Below the pieces are notes generated by a model. That model was not told where the DNA came from and ran no database searches. It saw only the letters and a program-made list of their open reading frames with translations. Positions 47,081 to 57,191 of a stretch of 64,000 bases of DNA are shown here, in pieces. The stretch is from Candidatus Clostridium eludens (GTDB taxonomy: Bacteria; Bacillota; Clostridia; Clostridiales; Clostridiaceae). The stretch is from positions 1 to 64,000 of the forward strand of contig NZ_JBJHZX010000011.1 in assembly GCF_045310515.1 (NCBI RefSeq), written 5' to 3'. Within the stretch, counting starts at the first letter, position 1. Every line of letters starts with the position of its first letter. Made by a program: the position numbers and the translations under genes.

Positions 47081-48322
47081 ATGAATAGTAATTTTAAAGC
47101 AACTATAAATCTGCCCCAAGCAATAGCACTTTATATAGGAGCAGTACTAGGGGCTGGCATACTTATAGTCCCTGGCATTGCAGCAGAAATTGCAGGACCG
47201 GCATCCATATTAGATTGGGGAGTAATGATGATTTTAGTACTTCCACTTGCACTTTGTATGGCTTTTTTATCACAAAGGTATCCAAATGTGGGTGGTGTGT
47301 CTTATTTTGTAACTAAAGCATTTGGAGATAAATTAGGAACAATCATTGGTTGGTTTTTTCTTATGTCGGCACCTATAGGAGCTCCAGTAGCATCTTTAAC
47401 TGGCGGGGGTTATTTAAGTTCTGCTCTTGGTTTGCCACAAAATTCAAAAATCATTATAGCCTGCATAATTCTCATTTTTGCCCTAGTTATTAACTTCATG
47501 GGTATGAGTATAGCTGGAAAAGTTCAAGTTGCAGTTGTAATAAGTATTATATCAATACTTATTCTTACCATAATTGGTTCTATGCCAAATATAAAGGCAG
47601 TAAATTTTACCCCTTTTATGCCTAATGGTATTACAAGTGTTGGAAAAGCATCTCCAATTTTATTTTGGTGCTTCATTGGTTGGGAGGCAGTCTCTCATTT
47701 GTCTGAAGAATTTATTAATCCTGAGAAAGATATTATTAAAGCAACTGTGATTTCTGCCATAATTATAGGGGTTCTTTATTTTATGACGTCTTTAGTTACT
47801 GTAGGAACTGATAGCTACGGAATTGAAACACAGGCATCTTTGGTTATTGTAGCACGTAAAATTTTTGGATCATCTGGAGCTATTCTAATAGGAATTACAA
47901 GTTTACTTATATGCACTGCCACAGTAATATCTTATATTGGAGCTGCATCAAGATTAGCTTTTTCATTATCTAAAAATAAAGATGCACCTAAAATTCTTGG
48001 ATATGTTTCAAAAAAGCATAACACACCAATAGGTGGACTCGTATTTTTATTTCTATGTTTTGTTGTGGTAATCACACTATACTATTTTAAGATTGTATCA
48101 TTTACTCAACTAATACAGATTCCAAATGCAACTTTCATATTGACATATCTAGCTGGATGCGCTGCTGGAGTTGTATTATTTAAAGATAACAAGAAAAAAT
48201 TTATAATTAGTCTTATTTCATTAGTTACAACAGCCTTTATATTTATTTTTTCAGGTTGGGCTATATTATATCCAATGATAATTCTTATTGGAGTTATTAT
48301 TAATAAATTAATAAAGAAGTAA
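47081..48322 (+). CDS. APC-superfamily amino acid permease
   Basis: 12-TM APC pattern. Confidence 0.8.
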   Translation: MNSNFKATINLPQAIALYIGAVLGAGILIVPGIAAEIAGPASILDWGVMMILVLPLALCMAFLSQRYPNVGGVSYFVTKAFGDKLGTIIGWFFLMSAPIGAPVASLTGGGYLSSALGLPQNSKIIIACIILIFALVINFMGMSIAGKVQVAVVISIISILILTIIGSMPNIKAVNFTPFMPNGITSVGKASPILFWCFIGWEAVSHLSEEFINPEKDIIKATVISAIIIGVLYFMTSLVTVGTDSYGIETQASLVIVARKIFGSSGAILIGITSLLICTATVISYIGAASRLAFSLSKNKDAPKILGYVSKKHNTPIGGLVFLFLCFVVVITLYYFKIVSFTQLIQIPNATFILTYLAGCAAGVVLFKDNKKKFIISLISLVTTAFIFIFSGWAILYPMIILIGVIINKLIKK

Positions 48323-48503
48323 AAATAACTTGCACATAATGTAGATAAACAATTTTCATATATTAAGTTGTATAATAGATTAAGGACATATTTGTAAAAT
48401 ATTAAGGATAACAAAGTTATTATGAATCTATTACAATATCTAATTAAGAAATATAATAATGATAAGAACTAAAATAGCTAAAGAATTAGGGGGATGTGTA
48501 ATT

Positions 48504-48989
48504 ATGTTCAGAGAAATGAGAAGAAAGAAACAATTATTATCCAAAGAAGAGACAATTGAAATTCTAAAGTTATGCACTTCTGGAGTTTTGGGTGTAATTG
48601 GCGATGATGATTACCCGTATACCGTTCCAGTAAGTTACGCTTTTAAAGACGACAAACTATTCATTCATAGTGCAAAAGAAGGGCATAAGATTGACAGTAT
48701 AAAAAGGAATGATAAAGTGACATTTTGTGTGATAGAAAAAGACGAAGTAATACAAAAAACTTTTACTACCCATTTTCGAAGTGCTTCCATCTTTGGTAGA
48801 GCAAGGATACTTACAGATGATTCCCATAGACGATATGCACTTGAAAGTTTAATTGAAAAATATTCACCTGACTATATTAAAGAAGGACAGCAAGAAATTG
48901 AAAGAGAATGGGATAGAGTATGTTTGGTTGAAATCAAAATCGAACATATGACAGGTAAAGCTGCTATAGAAATTGTCAATAGTAAATGA
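48504..48989 (+). CDS. pyridoxamine 5'-phosphate oxidase-family protein, NimA-like (5-nitroimidazole reductase family)
   Basis: Split-barrel family. RBS AGGGGGATG before ATG 48504. Confidence 0.65.
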   Translation: MFREMRRKKQLLSKEETIEILKLCTSGVLGVIGDDDYPYTVPVSYAFKDDKLFIHSAKEGHKIDSIKRNDKVTFCVIEKDEVIQKTFTTHFRSASIFGRARILTDDSHRRYALESLIEKYSPDYIKEGQQEIEREWDRVCLVEIKIEHMTGKAAIEIVNSK

Positions 48990-49306
48990 TAATATAAATA
49001 AAACTATTGATTGGGTAAAAGAAGAATTAGGTAAAATAGATGCTGATGATTGGTACATATGGGTAATTTTATCTAAGGAAAAGGAATATTTACTTGGAAC
49101 TGAAATAATTTATGTTGAGGAGGAATATGAAAAGTTTGAAATATGTATAAACATAGAAAAATAAGAGTCACCCCCCCACAACAGGAGGGAACTTTTATTC
49201 TGTAAAGTTACAAAATCTGCATTTGGTTTATTAATATTATTTTACAATAGTTTCGCCAATTATAGCTAAAATATCAAAGAGTGAAAATTTGAATAATATA
49301 GAATAC

Positions 49307-50149
49307 CTATTCTAAATGAGATTGAAAAGCTCTATGCACAATTGGATTTATGTACACAGGTGGTAATCCTAAATTATCAATTAGCCTCTTACAATTTTCA
49401 AGTGTATTTTCCTCTTTGCTTGAATAATACTGTTTTACTCCCATATCCAACTTTATCAAATACTGCTCCCCGTTCATAATTAATTCTTTAATTTTAGCCA
49501 AGTTATTTATTGGTTCTGTCCATGATGAAAGTAATATATTATAGTCACTGAAATTTTTAATAGCTTTTAGGGAACTCTTCAATTCATTAAGGTTATCATA
49601 ATTTGGAATATCATTAACCAAAGGAATGGAATCAGCTGTAAAAAGTATTTTATCTTCTTTGAAAAAAATATTGATTGAGCCTTTTGAATGGCCTGGCGAA
49701 TGGATTATTTGCAGCGTCAGATTTTCATCTAGTTGTATTTCTTGTTTATCTTTAACTAAATCATCAATTTTTACTGATTCATTTACTAATTCATAAAATC
49801 CCGGAACCATTCTTGAATTATACTGAACACTCAAATTCTCTATCCATTCCTTTTCTTCCTTATGTATCATGACTTTACAACCAGTAATAGTTTTGATTTT
49901 ATTTGCAGAACCAATATGGTCAGGGTGTGAATGAGATAAAATTAAGAACTTAATCTCATCAATGCTCCTACCTTGTTCTTTAATGTACCTAAGGATCTTT
50001 TTATAACTATCTTTTACGCCAGTGTCAATTAAAGTAATTTCTTTACCAAATATAATTATTGAGTTAACAAATCTAGATAACTTTTTTTCTTTTGAAACTG
50101 AAATCTGAAAATCATGTCTTAACAAATGTATTTTATCTGTAATATTCAC
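49307..50149 (-). CDS. MBL-fold metallo-hydrolase
   Basis: HSHPDHIG metal-binding motif. Confidence 0.8.
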   Translation of the reverse strand: MNITDKIHLLRHDFQISVSKEKKLSRFVNSIIIFGKEITLIDTGVKDSYKKILRYIKEQGRSIDEIKFLILSHSHPDHIGSANKIKTITGCKVMIHKEEKEWIENLSVQYNSRMVPGFYELVNESVKIDDLVKDKQEIQLDENLTLQIIHSPGHSKGSINIFFKEDKILFTADSIPLVNDIPNYDNLNELKSSLKAIKNFSDYNILLSSWTEPINNLAKIKELIMNGEQYLIKLDMGVKQYYSSKEENTLENCKRLIDNLGLPPVYINPIVHRAFQSHLE

Positions 50150-50369
50150 TATTTCTCCCCCCAGTTTAATTTGCGTTTACTACGCTGAATTATATACTGG
50201 CAATTATATCATATTCTTTAATTGATTTATTAACCCTAATATACATATGCAGTAGTAACTTTGTGTAGTATTACAGGTCTACATAGATTGCGTAATTATG
50301 GTTTTTGTAGTTGACAAAAAAATATTTAAATGTTAGTATGTCTATAATATTGATAGACAGGAGAACAAA

Positions 50370-51338
50370 ATGGATGAATTTATTCGTAGTGCAACTATAG
50401 GTGATTTTAAAAGAGGCTATGTGTGGGATAGCAAAAAAGAAGAATTTGTTTGTTTGATATGTGGAGAATTTATTGGAGAAAATAATGATAATATAAGTAC
50501 TCATACTGCTAACCATGGAACCCCTATCGGAAGGTTACTGATGCTGAATAAGAAATACACTGGATTGACGGAAATTCAAAAAGAGCTTTTAGAAATGCTG
50601 TCAAATAGATATAGTAATAGTGAAATTGCAATGAAGCTGGGATATACAGAATCCACAGTAAGAAATATGAGATTTGCCTTAAGAGAGAGGGCAAGACAAG
50701 CAAGAGCTTTTTTGGCTGTTATGGAATTGGTCGAGGAAGAAGAACCGAAAGTAACAAACCCCAAGATTCGTTTTTTCCCTATCAAAGAAGAAAAAAGAAA
50801 AGCACTATTGCCAAGATTTGCTGGTTTGTTTGAGCCTGATAGAGAGTATACGGAAGCTGAATTAAAGAAAATTATTAAAACTATTTATGAAGATGATGCT
50901 ATAATACGACGATACTTAGTAGATTATGGATACTTGGACAGAACTGATGATGGAAGCAAATATTATAAGAAATGTGAGGCTAATGCTATGAGCAGTGTAA
51001 ATAAAAAAGAACTTAAAAACAAGTATAAACAGCAAGAAATAGAGATGGGTATAATTCAAGTATATAATACAGTAAATGGATATTCTTTTGTGGATATATG
51101 TACAAATTTATATAAGCCCTTTGAATCAATTAAATTTCAATTAAATTTAGGTAGAACGAAATTTAAAAAGTTAAAGGAGGACTGGAATATTTATGGAGAA
51201 AATGTTTTTCAGTTTAATGTTGTCGAAAAGCTAAAGCCCAAAGAAGGTGCTGCAGATAAAGAAAAGGTTGATGACTTAAAGGAGCTTTTAAAAATATGGA
51301 TTGAGAGTCAAGGAGATAATCTGAAGTTATATAAATAA
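50370..51338 (+). CDS. multidomain protein: N-terminal Cys cluster, LuxR/sigma-4-like HTH, DUF2087-like region and C-terminal GIY-YIG nuclease domain
   Basis: CLICGE. LTEIQKELLEMLSNRYSNSEIAMKLGYTESTVRNMRF HTH. GIIQVYNTVNGYSFVDICTNL...KFKKLKEDWNIYGENVFQFNVVE has the GIY-YIG layout. Confidence 0.6.
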   Translation: MDEFIRSATIGDFKRGYVWDSKKEEFVCLICGEFIGENNDNISTHTANHGTPIGRLLMLNKKYTGLTEIQKELLEMLSNRYSNSEIAMKLGYTESTVRNMRFALRERARQARAFLAVMELVEEEEPKVTNPKIRFFPIKEEKRKALLPRFAGLFEPDREYTEAELKKIIKTIYEDDAIIRRYLVDYGYLDRTDDGSKYYKKCEANAMSSVNKKELKNKYKQQEIEMGIIQVYNTVNGYSFVDICTNLYKPFESIKFQLNLGRTKFKKLKEDWNIYGENVFQFNVVEKLKPKEGAADKEKVDDLKELLKIWIESQGDNLKLYK

Positions 51339-51536
51339 AAGATATCACTACTGCATACTAATTATAGTACGGCAAATGGGATAACTCTTATGTGATAATA
51401 TGTGCAATAACGTGAAAGGACCAGGACAATATGTAATTAATGATGATAATTTAGTAAAAAATTTTACTAAATATATTCTACAAAAATTATAAGCATAAAT
51501 TATATCATTGAGAGTAACGATGAAGGAGTGTATTAA

Positions 51537-51641
51537 ATGTTAATTGAACTAGCAACTTTTTCTGTTGGAGTTATAATAGTAGCCTCGGTAGTTACAATGC
51601 TCTATGTTATAAAGATTTATAATTTACTTAAGAAGAAATAA
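51537..51641 (+). CDS. 34-aa hydrophobic peptide (MLIELATFSVGVIIVASVVTMLYVIKIYNLLKKK), absent from the ORF track
   Basis: RBS AAGGAG 8 nt upstream. A single predicted TM helix with a KKK tail. Confidence 0.45.
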   Translation: MLIELATFSVGVIIVASVVTMLYVIKIYNLLKKK

Positions 51642-51671
51642 TATGCAACTTCTTTGTTTTGCTTGAAATGA

Positions 51672-52640
51672 ATAGCTGAACTTGGTTTAAAAACCTTTGT
51701 TATTGACTTACGAGGTCATGGTGAAAATATATTAAGCTTAGATGAAGAAGTTATAAGTGAAAAAGGATTATATGAGCTTAATGACATGGCAAGTTCTACA
51801 GTAGTTAACAGTGACGTAAGAAAAATTAATAATGCTTCAGGAAAAAATTATGTAAAAGTTCATCCAGAAATAATTAAAATGATAAAAGCTTCACAAAAAT
51901 ACTCAAAAATAAGTAATGGATTGTGGGATATTACCGTTGGTCCTCTAGTAAACCTGTGGGGAATAGAGACTGACAAGGCAAGAAAGCCTTCTGATGCAGA
52001 AACTAAGTCAAAATTGCTACTGGTTGGTTATTCTAAGATTAGTATAAATGAGAAAGAGAACCGTGTTATGCTCACTCAGCCAGGTATGGCTATAGACTTA
52101 GGTGGTATAGCAAAAGGATTTGCTGCGGATGGAGTACTTAAGATATATAAAAAATACAATATTCAAAGTGGTCTTATAAATTTAGGGTCAAGTTCTATAT
52201 ATGCTGTTGGTGAAAGTGGAACTGGTGATCCGTGGGGAATTGCGATTAAACATCCTAGAAGCGATGAAAATGATAATTATCTCGGCATAATTGAAATCTC
52301 AAATGAAGGAATATCTACTTCAGGCTACTATGAGAGATATTTCATGCAAAATGGCAAAAGATATCATTACATACTTAATCCGTCTACAGGATATCCTGTA
52401 GATAATGGTGTTATGAGTGTAACGGTAGTAATTGATGGAACTGTTCCAGATAGCTGTATGCTAGCAGATATTTTGTCCTTGACTGTTTTTGAATTGTGAT
52501 CAAAGAAAGGTATTGATCTTATCAACAGCATCCCAAGGGTATCTTGTGAAGTTACTAAAACAGATTTTAAAGTTTATACATCATCAGGATTTAAAGATAA
52601 ATTTTTAGACTTAAATAAGGATTTCAAATTTGCAAATTAG
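51672..52640 (+). pseudogene. FAD:protein FMN transferase (ApbE family), N-terminally truncated with an in-frame TGA
   Basis: DITVGPLVNLWG, IDLGGIAKGFA and LADILSLTVFEL-TGA-SKKGIDLI are present. The TGA replaces the conserved Gly of F.LG.EKG (GGA to TGA). The signal peptide and N-terminus are missing. Confidence 0.65.
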
Positions 52641-52837
52641 TATAGCTGGTTTTTAATAATATTATATAAACAATGGAATAAAATTTGGTAAACTTTCTTC
52701 GGCGAAAAAAATAAGAAATGATTAAACTTTTTTATAAAGCTACATCTCAATTAAAATAATTATGAATTACACACAACTATACTTTTGTAGAACTAAAAGA
52801 AGTACCTTATTCAATACTATGTTCTGTTTATTGACTA

Positions 52838-52872
52838 GAGTGAAAAACACTCTAGTTTTGTTTTTTAGAGAG
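52838..52872 (+). terminator. intrinsic terminator (ctagagtg-aaaaa-cactctag plus a T-run)
   Basis: Seen directly in the sequence. Confidence 0.65.
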
Positions 52873-53021
52873 CAACGTAAAACAACCAAGTTCAATAATA
52901 TAAATATTCTATATATTATTTTTTAACAAAGTTAGATGCATTTAGATATTGTAGTATAGATTTCTATAATATATAATCAAGTAATGATTATTAAACTTAA
53001 ATGTTTACTAGAGGTGTAGTT

Positions 53022-54860
53022 ATGATTAATAGTATTAAAGAATTTTTAATTGGAAAATCTCTTAGAACAGAACAATTAAAATCAGAAAGATTTAATATCT
53101 TTTGGGGGCTGCCAATATTGTCTAGTGATGCTATATCTTCAGTGGCATATGCAGGCCAGGAAATACTTTATATACTTGTGCCGGCAGTAGGCTTTATGGC
53201 ATTCACCGACATGATTCATGCAGTGCTAATGGTTATACTTCTATTATTTATATTAGTATTTTCATACAGACAAGTTATTGATTGCTACCCAAAGGGTGGA
53301 GGAGCCTACATAGTTGCACAAGATAATTTAGGAATAACACCAAGTTTAATAGCTGCAGCAGCTTTGTGTATTGATTATATCTTAACTGTTGCAGTTAGTA
53401 TTTCAGCAGGTACTGCCGCAATTACTTCAGCATTCCCACATTTATTACCATATAATGTAACTATATGTATTATACTTATTATTTTAATGACTATAGGAAA
53501 TTTAAGGGGTATTAGCGAATCAGCTAAAGTTTTTGCCATACCACCTTATTTGTTTATTTCTATTATGATCATAATGATTGTATATGGGTTCGTTAAATAT
53601 AATATAATGGGAATTCATCCTAAGCCAATTTACAAGGTGCCAAACTTTACAAATACACTTTCTTTTTTGGTATTTTTAAAGGCTTTTGCCGCGGGTTGTA
53701 CAGCACTTACTGGAGTTGAAGCTGTAAGTAACGGAATACCTAATTTTAAAGAACCATCTCAAAAAAATGCAAAGATTGTATTATTATTACTAGGGTGTGT
53801 TGCACTTGTATTATTTGGAGGTATCTCATATCTTTCCACAATATATAAGGCAGTATATAATCCTGATGTGACTGTAATAGCACAGGTTGCCATTCAAGTA
53901 TTTGGAAAAGGTTTTATGTTCTACATTGTCCAAACATTTACGGCCTTAATATTAATTATGGCTGCAAATACTTCATACAATGGATTTCCACTTTTACTTT
54001 CAATAATAGCAAAAGATGGTTATGTGCCAAGACAGTTTTCAAAAAGAGGATCTAGACTGAGTTATTCTAATGGAATAATATTTTTGTCTTTAACAGCCAT
54101 TGTTCTTCTTGTATATTTTAAAGGTGATAATCATAGCTTATTACCACTTTATGCAGTAGGGGTTTTTGTATCATTTACCCTTGCACAAACAGGAATGGTA
54201 TTAAAATGGCTCAGAAATAAAGATGGAGCATGGAAACATAAAGCATTAATTAATGCAATTGGTGCAATATTATCCTTCAGTACAACTATAGTTCTCAGTA
54301 TAACAAAATTTAAAGAGGGTGCTTGGCTCGTATGTATTCTAATACCAATTTTAGTATTTATAATGTGGAGAATTAAGGCACATTATAATATAGTTGCAGA
54401 TGAACTTAAGCTTAATCTATCACAAAAACCAAAATGTATAGATTATAAGAAACAAAAAAATTATATGATAATACCTATTGATTCACTTAATAAGTCATTT
54501 TTAAAATCATATAATTATGCTGAAGCTTTTACTAAAGATATTATCGTTTTTCATGTTTCAATTGATGAAGAAGCTACTAAAAAATTACTTGATAGTTGGA
54601 AAGAATATGGAATGCAAGTTCCTATAGTTGTAAGAAGATCACCCTATAGAAATTTAATAGGACCACTTGTAAAATTTATAGAATCAGAAGAATTTACAGT
54701 AACGCCAGGAGATACAATAACAGTTATAATGCCTCAGCTTGTTGTGAAAAAATGGTGGGAAAATGTTCTTCACAATCAGACTTCACTATTTATTAGAAGT
54801 ACTCTATTAAAGCGAAGAAATATTGCATTGGTTACTTTGCCTTATATAATAAGCAAATAA
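53022..54860 (+). CDS. kimA: KimA-family (APC-superfamily) K+/H+ symporter with a C-terminal cytoplasmic domain
   Basis: SIKEFLIGKSL...LSSDAISSVAYAGQEILYIL...YPKGGGAYIVAQDNLG closely parallels B. subtilis KimA. Similar length, about 610 aa. Confidence 0.8.
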   Translation: MINSIKEFLIGKSLRTEQLKSERFNIFWGLPILSSDAISSVAYAGQEILYILVPAVGFMAFTDMIHAVLMVILLLFILVFSYRQVIDCYPKGGGAYIVAQDNLGITPSLIAAAALCIDYILTVAVSISAGTAAITSAFPHLLPYNVTICIILIILMTIGNLRGISESAKVFAIPPYLFISIMIIMIVYGFVKYNIMGIHPKPIYKVPNFTNTLSFLVFLKAFAAGCTALTGVEAVSNGIPNFKEPSQKNAKIVLLLLGCVALVLFGGISYLSTIYKAVYNPDVTVIAQVAIQVFGKGFMFYIVQTFTALILIMAANTSYNGFPLLLSIIAKDGYVPRQFSKRGSRLSYSNGIIFLSLTAIVLLVYFKGDNHSLLPLYAVGVFVSFTLAQTGMVLKWLRNKDGAWKHKALINAIGAILSFSTTIVLSITKFKEGAWLVCILIPILVFIMWRIKAHYNIVADELKLNLSQKPKCIDYKKQKNYMIIPIDSLNKSFLKSYNYAEAFTKDIIVFHVSIDEEATKKLLDSWKEYGMQVPIVVRRSPYRNLIGPLVKFIESEEFTVTPGDTITVIMPQLVVKKWWENVLHNQTSLFIRSTLLKRRNIALVTLPYIISK

Positions 54861-55148
54861 AATATAGTTAGATCGTTAAATAACTAAACTTGGGAGTATC
54901 AAAAGTATCTACCTGTCAATGATTAAATTCTAGCATCCAGCTCTTATATGAATATATAAGAACTGGATGAATAGTTATATCTTTATATAGTGAACTAGAC
55001 ATTATAAACCTAATGTTTAATTCTTTATATAAATCTATAATAATCTGTCTCAATAATAATTTGTTTATGGTATTATTTACATATGGTTAAGCCACAAATA
55101 TAAGAAATGACGAAGTAAAGAGTATTTATATAATAAGAGAGGGGTACT

Positions 55149-55580
55149 ATGCAAATAAGGACAATGACTATTGATGATTATGAAGAAGTGTATCAGTTAT
55201 GGACCAATACGCCTGGAATGGGTATGAGAAGTGTAGATGATTCAAAAGAAGGTATTGAAAAATATCTTAATAGAAATCCTGAAACTTGTTTTATTGCAGA
55301 ATTTGAAAATAAAATTATTGGTGTCATTTTGAGTGGACATGATGGACGAAGGGGTTATATACATCATACAGCAGTTAATGCTACTGTACGTAAGCAAGGA
55401 ATAGGTACTGCATTAGTAAATGCTGCAACTGAGGCCTTAAAAAAACAAGGAATTAACAAGGTAGCCTTGGTAGCTTTTCGTACAAATAAATTAGGAAATT
55501 CTTTTTGGAAAGCACTAGGGTTTGAATATAGGAATGATTTAGTATATAGAAATAAGAATCTTAATGATAACAATATTTGA
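55149..55580 (+). CDS. GNAT-family N-acetyltransferase
   Basis: RKQGIGTALVNAATEALKKQG motif. Confidence 0.75.
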   Translation: MQIRTMTIDDYEEVYQLWTNTPGMGMRSVDDSKEGIEKYLNRNPETCFIAEFENKIIGVILSGHDGRRGYIHHTAVNATVRKQGIGTALVNAATEALKKQGINKVALVAFRTNKLGNSFWKALGFEYRNDLVYRNKNLNDNNI

Positions 55581-55689
55581 TTTCATAAAATTCTTATTTC
55601 ATAAAAGAGACCACTTAAATATAATGGTCTCTAAAACACAATTTTTCTAGGAAATTCTTTGGATATATTAAAACTTCGTAACATTTTAT

Positions 55690-56040
55690 ACAATTTTTTT
55701 ATCATATTCTATTTCACAAGCATCAATATCTTTCTTAATACAAACTATCACATCTTCTTTTCTGGTATTTATAAACAGGCATGTACCTCCAACGGCCATC
55801 CAACCTAAAAATGGAAATAAATTGTAAGGATATGTTGGAAGAGGATATACACTGCCAACAACTTATGTCGTGACATAGTAAAGATTGTTCTTGAAGCAGC
55901 ATTCATACAAGCCGTAACGCATGATCAAAAACTAATTAAAGCACCAATTGCTAAGAAAACGCCTAAGACTTTCATTCCATATTTAGCAGCAAGAAACGCC
56001 GGTGGCGCATCAACTTTATCAAGTGTTTGCCCAGTTCCCA
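55690..56040 (-). pseudogene. frameshifted fragment of a small membrane protein
   Basis: Reverse-strand pieces MGTGQTLDKVDAPPAFLAAKYGMKVLGVFLAIGALISF* and LGWMAVGGTCLFINTRKEDVIVCIKKDIDACEIEYDKKIV* lie in different frames. Confidence 0.35.
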
Positions 56041-56385
56041 TGTGAAAAAAATATTTAATGAATTGGGATATGTTTTTGAAATTGGGGAAAAAAATATAGA
56101 AAAAGTTACCGCATTTTCTGCTTGTGGTTTAGGCTTTGCTGCATATATATTGAATGCCTTTCAGAAAGTTGGGCAAGCCTTTGGATTTAGTTCAGAAGTA
56201 AGTGAGAAAATAGTAGCCAAGACTTTTAATATATAGGTATGTCAGATTATGAAGGAACAGCAAATGCAGTTGCAACAAAAGGAGGAGCAACTAAACAGGG
56301 GATAATATGCTTTGAAGAAAATAATTTGAATAGAATTGTCAGTGAGGCAATGAATAAAGCATATGATAAGATGCGATAGGGGCTG
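56027..56385 (+). pseudogene. proC: pyrroline-5-carboxylate reductase (proC), 3' half only and frameshifted
   Basis: KKIFNELGYVFEIGEKNIEKVTAFSACGLGFAAYILNAFQKVGQAFGFSSEVSEKIVAKTF and, in another frame, GTANAVATKGGATKQGI..LNRIVSEAMNKAYDKMR match the ProC C-terminal dimerisation domain. No N-terminal Rossmann domain is present. Confidence 0.6.
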
Positions 56386-56487
56386 AATTATTCATCATGA
56401 GTAATAACAGTGCCTCTTGCTATTGGTATTTGGTATTCTCTTTATAGAAGAGGAATAAAATAAGTGAACACGGAGGAAATTGATAAT

Positions 56488-57027
56488 ATGATTGAAGATA
56501 TTAAAACACGTAGAAGTATAAGAAAATACCTCAATAAGTTAGTTGAAGATGAAAAAATAATTCAATTACTTGAGAGTGCAAGACTTGCTCCATCTGGTAG
56601 TAACACCCAGCCTTGGCATTTCATTATAGTAAAGTCTGAATTGATTAAACAAAAGTTGGCTGAAGTATCTCATAATCAGCAATGGATGATTTCTGCTCCG
56701 GTATTTATTGTATGTATTGCAGATATACGTTGTAGAATGGCAGAAAATGTAGATATATCAATAAAAGAGGATAGCCCACAAGAAGAACTTAAACAGATAA
56801 TTAGGGATACGTCAATTTCCATAACTCATATACTACTTGAAGCTAATAATTTGGGATTAGGCGCATGTTGGGTTGCATGGTTTACCCAAGAAGAAATTAG
56901 ACCAATTTTAAATATACCTTCTGATAAATACGTAGTTGGTATTGTCACTCTTGGTTATGCCAATGAAGCACCAGAAGCTCGTCCAAGAAAAAAACTTGAG
57001 GAACTAGTACACTATGAAAGTTGGTAA
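56488..57027 (+). CDS. nitroreductase-family protein
   Basis: RRSIRKY..APSGSNTQPW nitroreductase signature. RBS GGAGG. Confidence 0.8.
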   Translation: MIEDIKTRRSIRKYLNKLVEDEKIIQLLESARLAPSGSNTQPWHFIIVKSELIKQKLAEVSHNQQWMISAPVFIVCIADIRCRMAENVDISIKEDSPQEELKQIIRDTSISITHILLEANNLGLGACWVAWFTQEEIRPILNIPSDKYVVGIVTLGYANEAPEARPRKKLEELVHYESW

Positions 57028-57191
57028 ACTACTTTTTACTTCTTAATATATTGCTGTTAGTTAACAACATGGTAATGTCACCACCTAATGTAGTATATTG
57101 ATATATAGACTTAATATGTTTCTGTAATTATATGAATAACCATACAAAGTATGGAAAATAATATAATTATAAGAAAGAGGTGTATATAGAA

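Noticed and set aside
51672-52640. Selenocysteine read-through at the apbE TGA
   Set aside because: The aligned position is a conserved Gly, GGA to TGA is a single-base change, and no SECIS-like hairpin is obvious downstream. A nonsense pseudogene is the more parsimonious reading.
52640-53021. c-di-AMP riboswitch upstream of kimA
   Set aside because: No GC-rich conserved helices or the characteristic motifs were found by eye. The region is AT-rich and contains a terminator.
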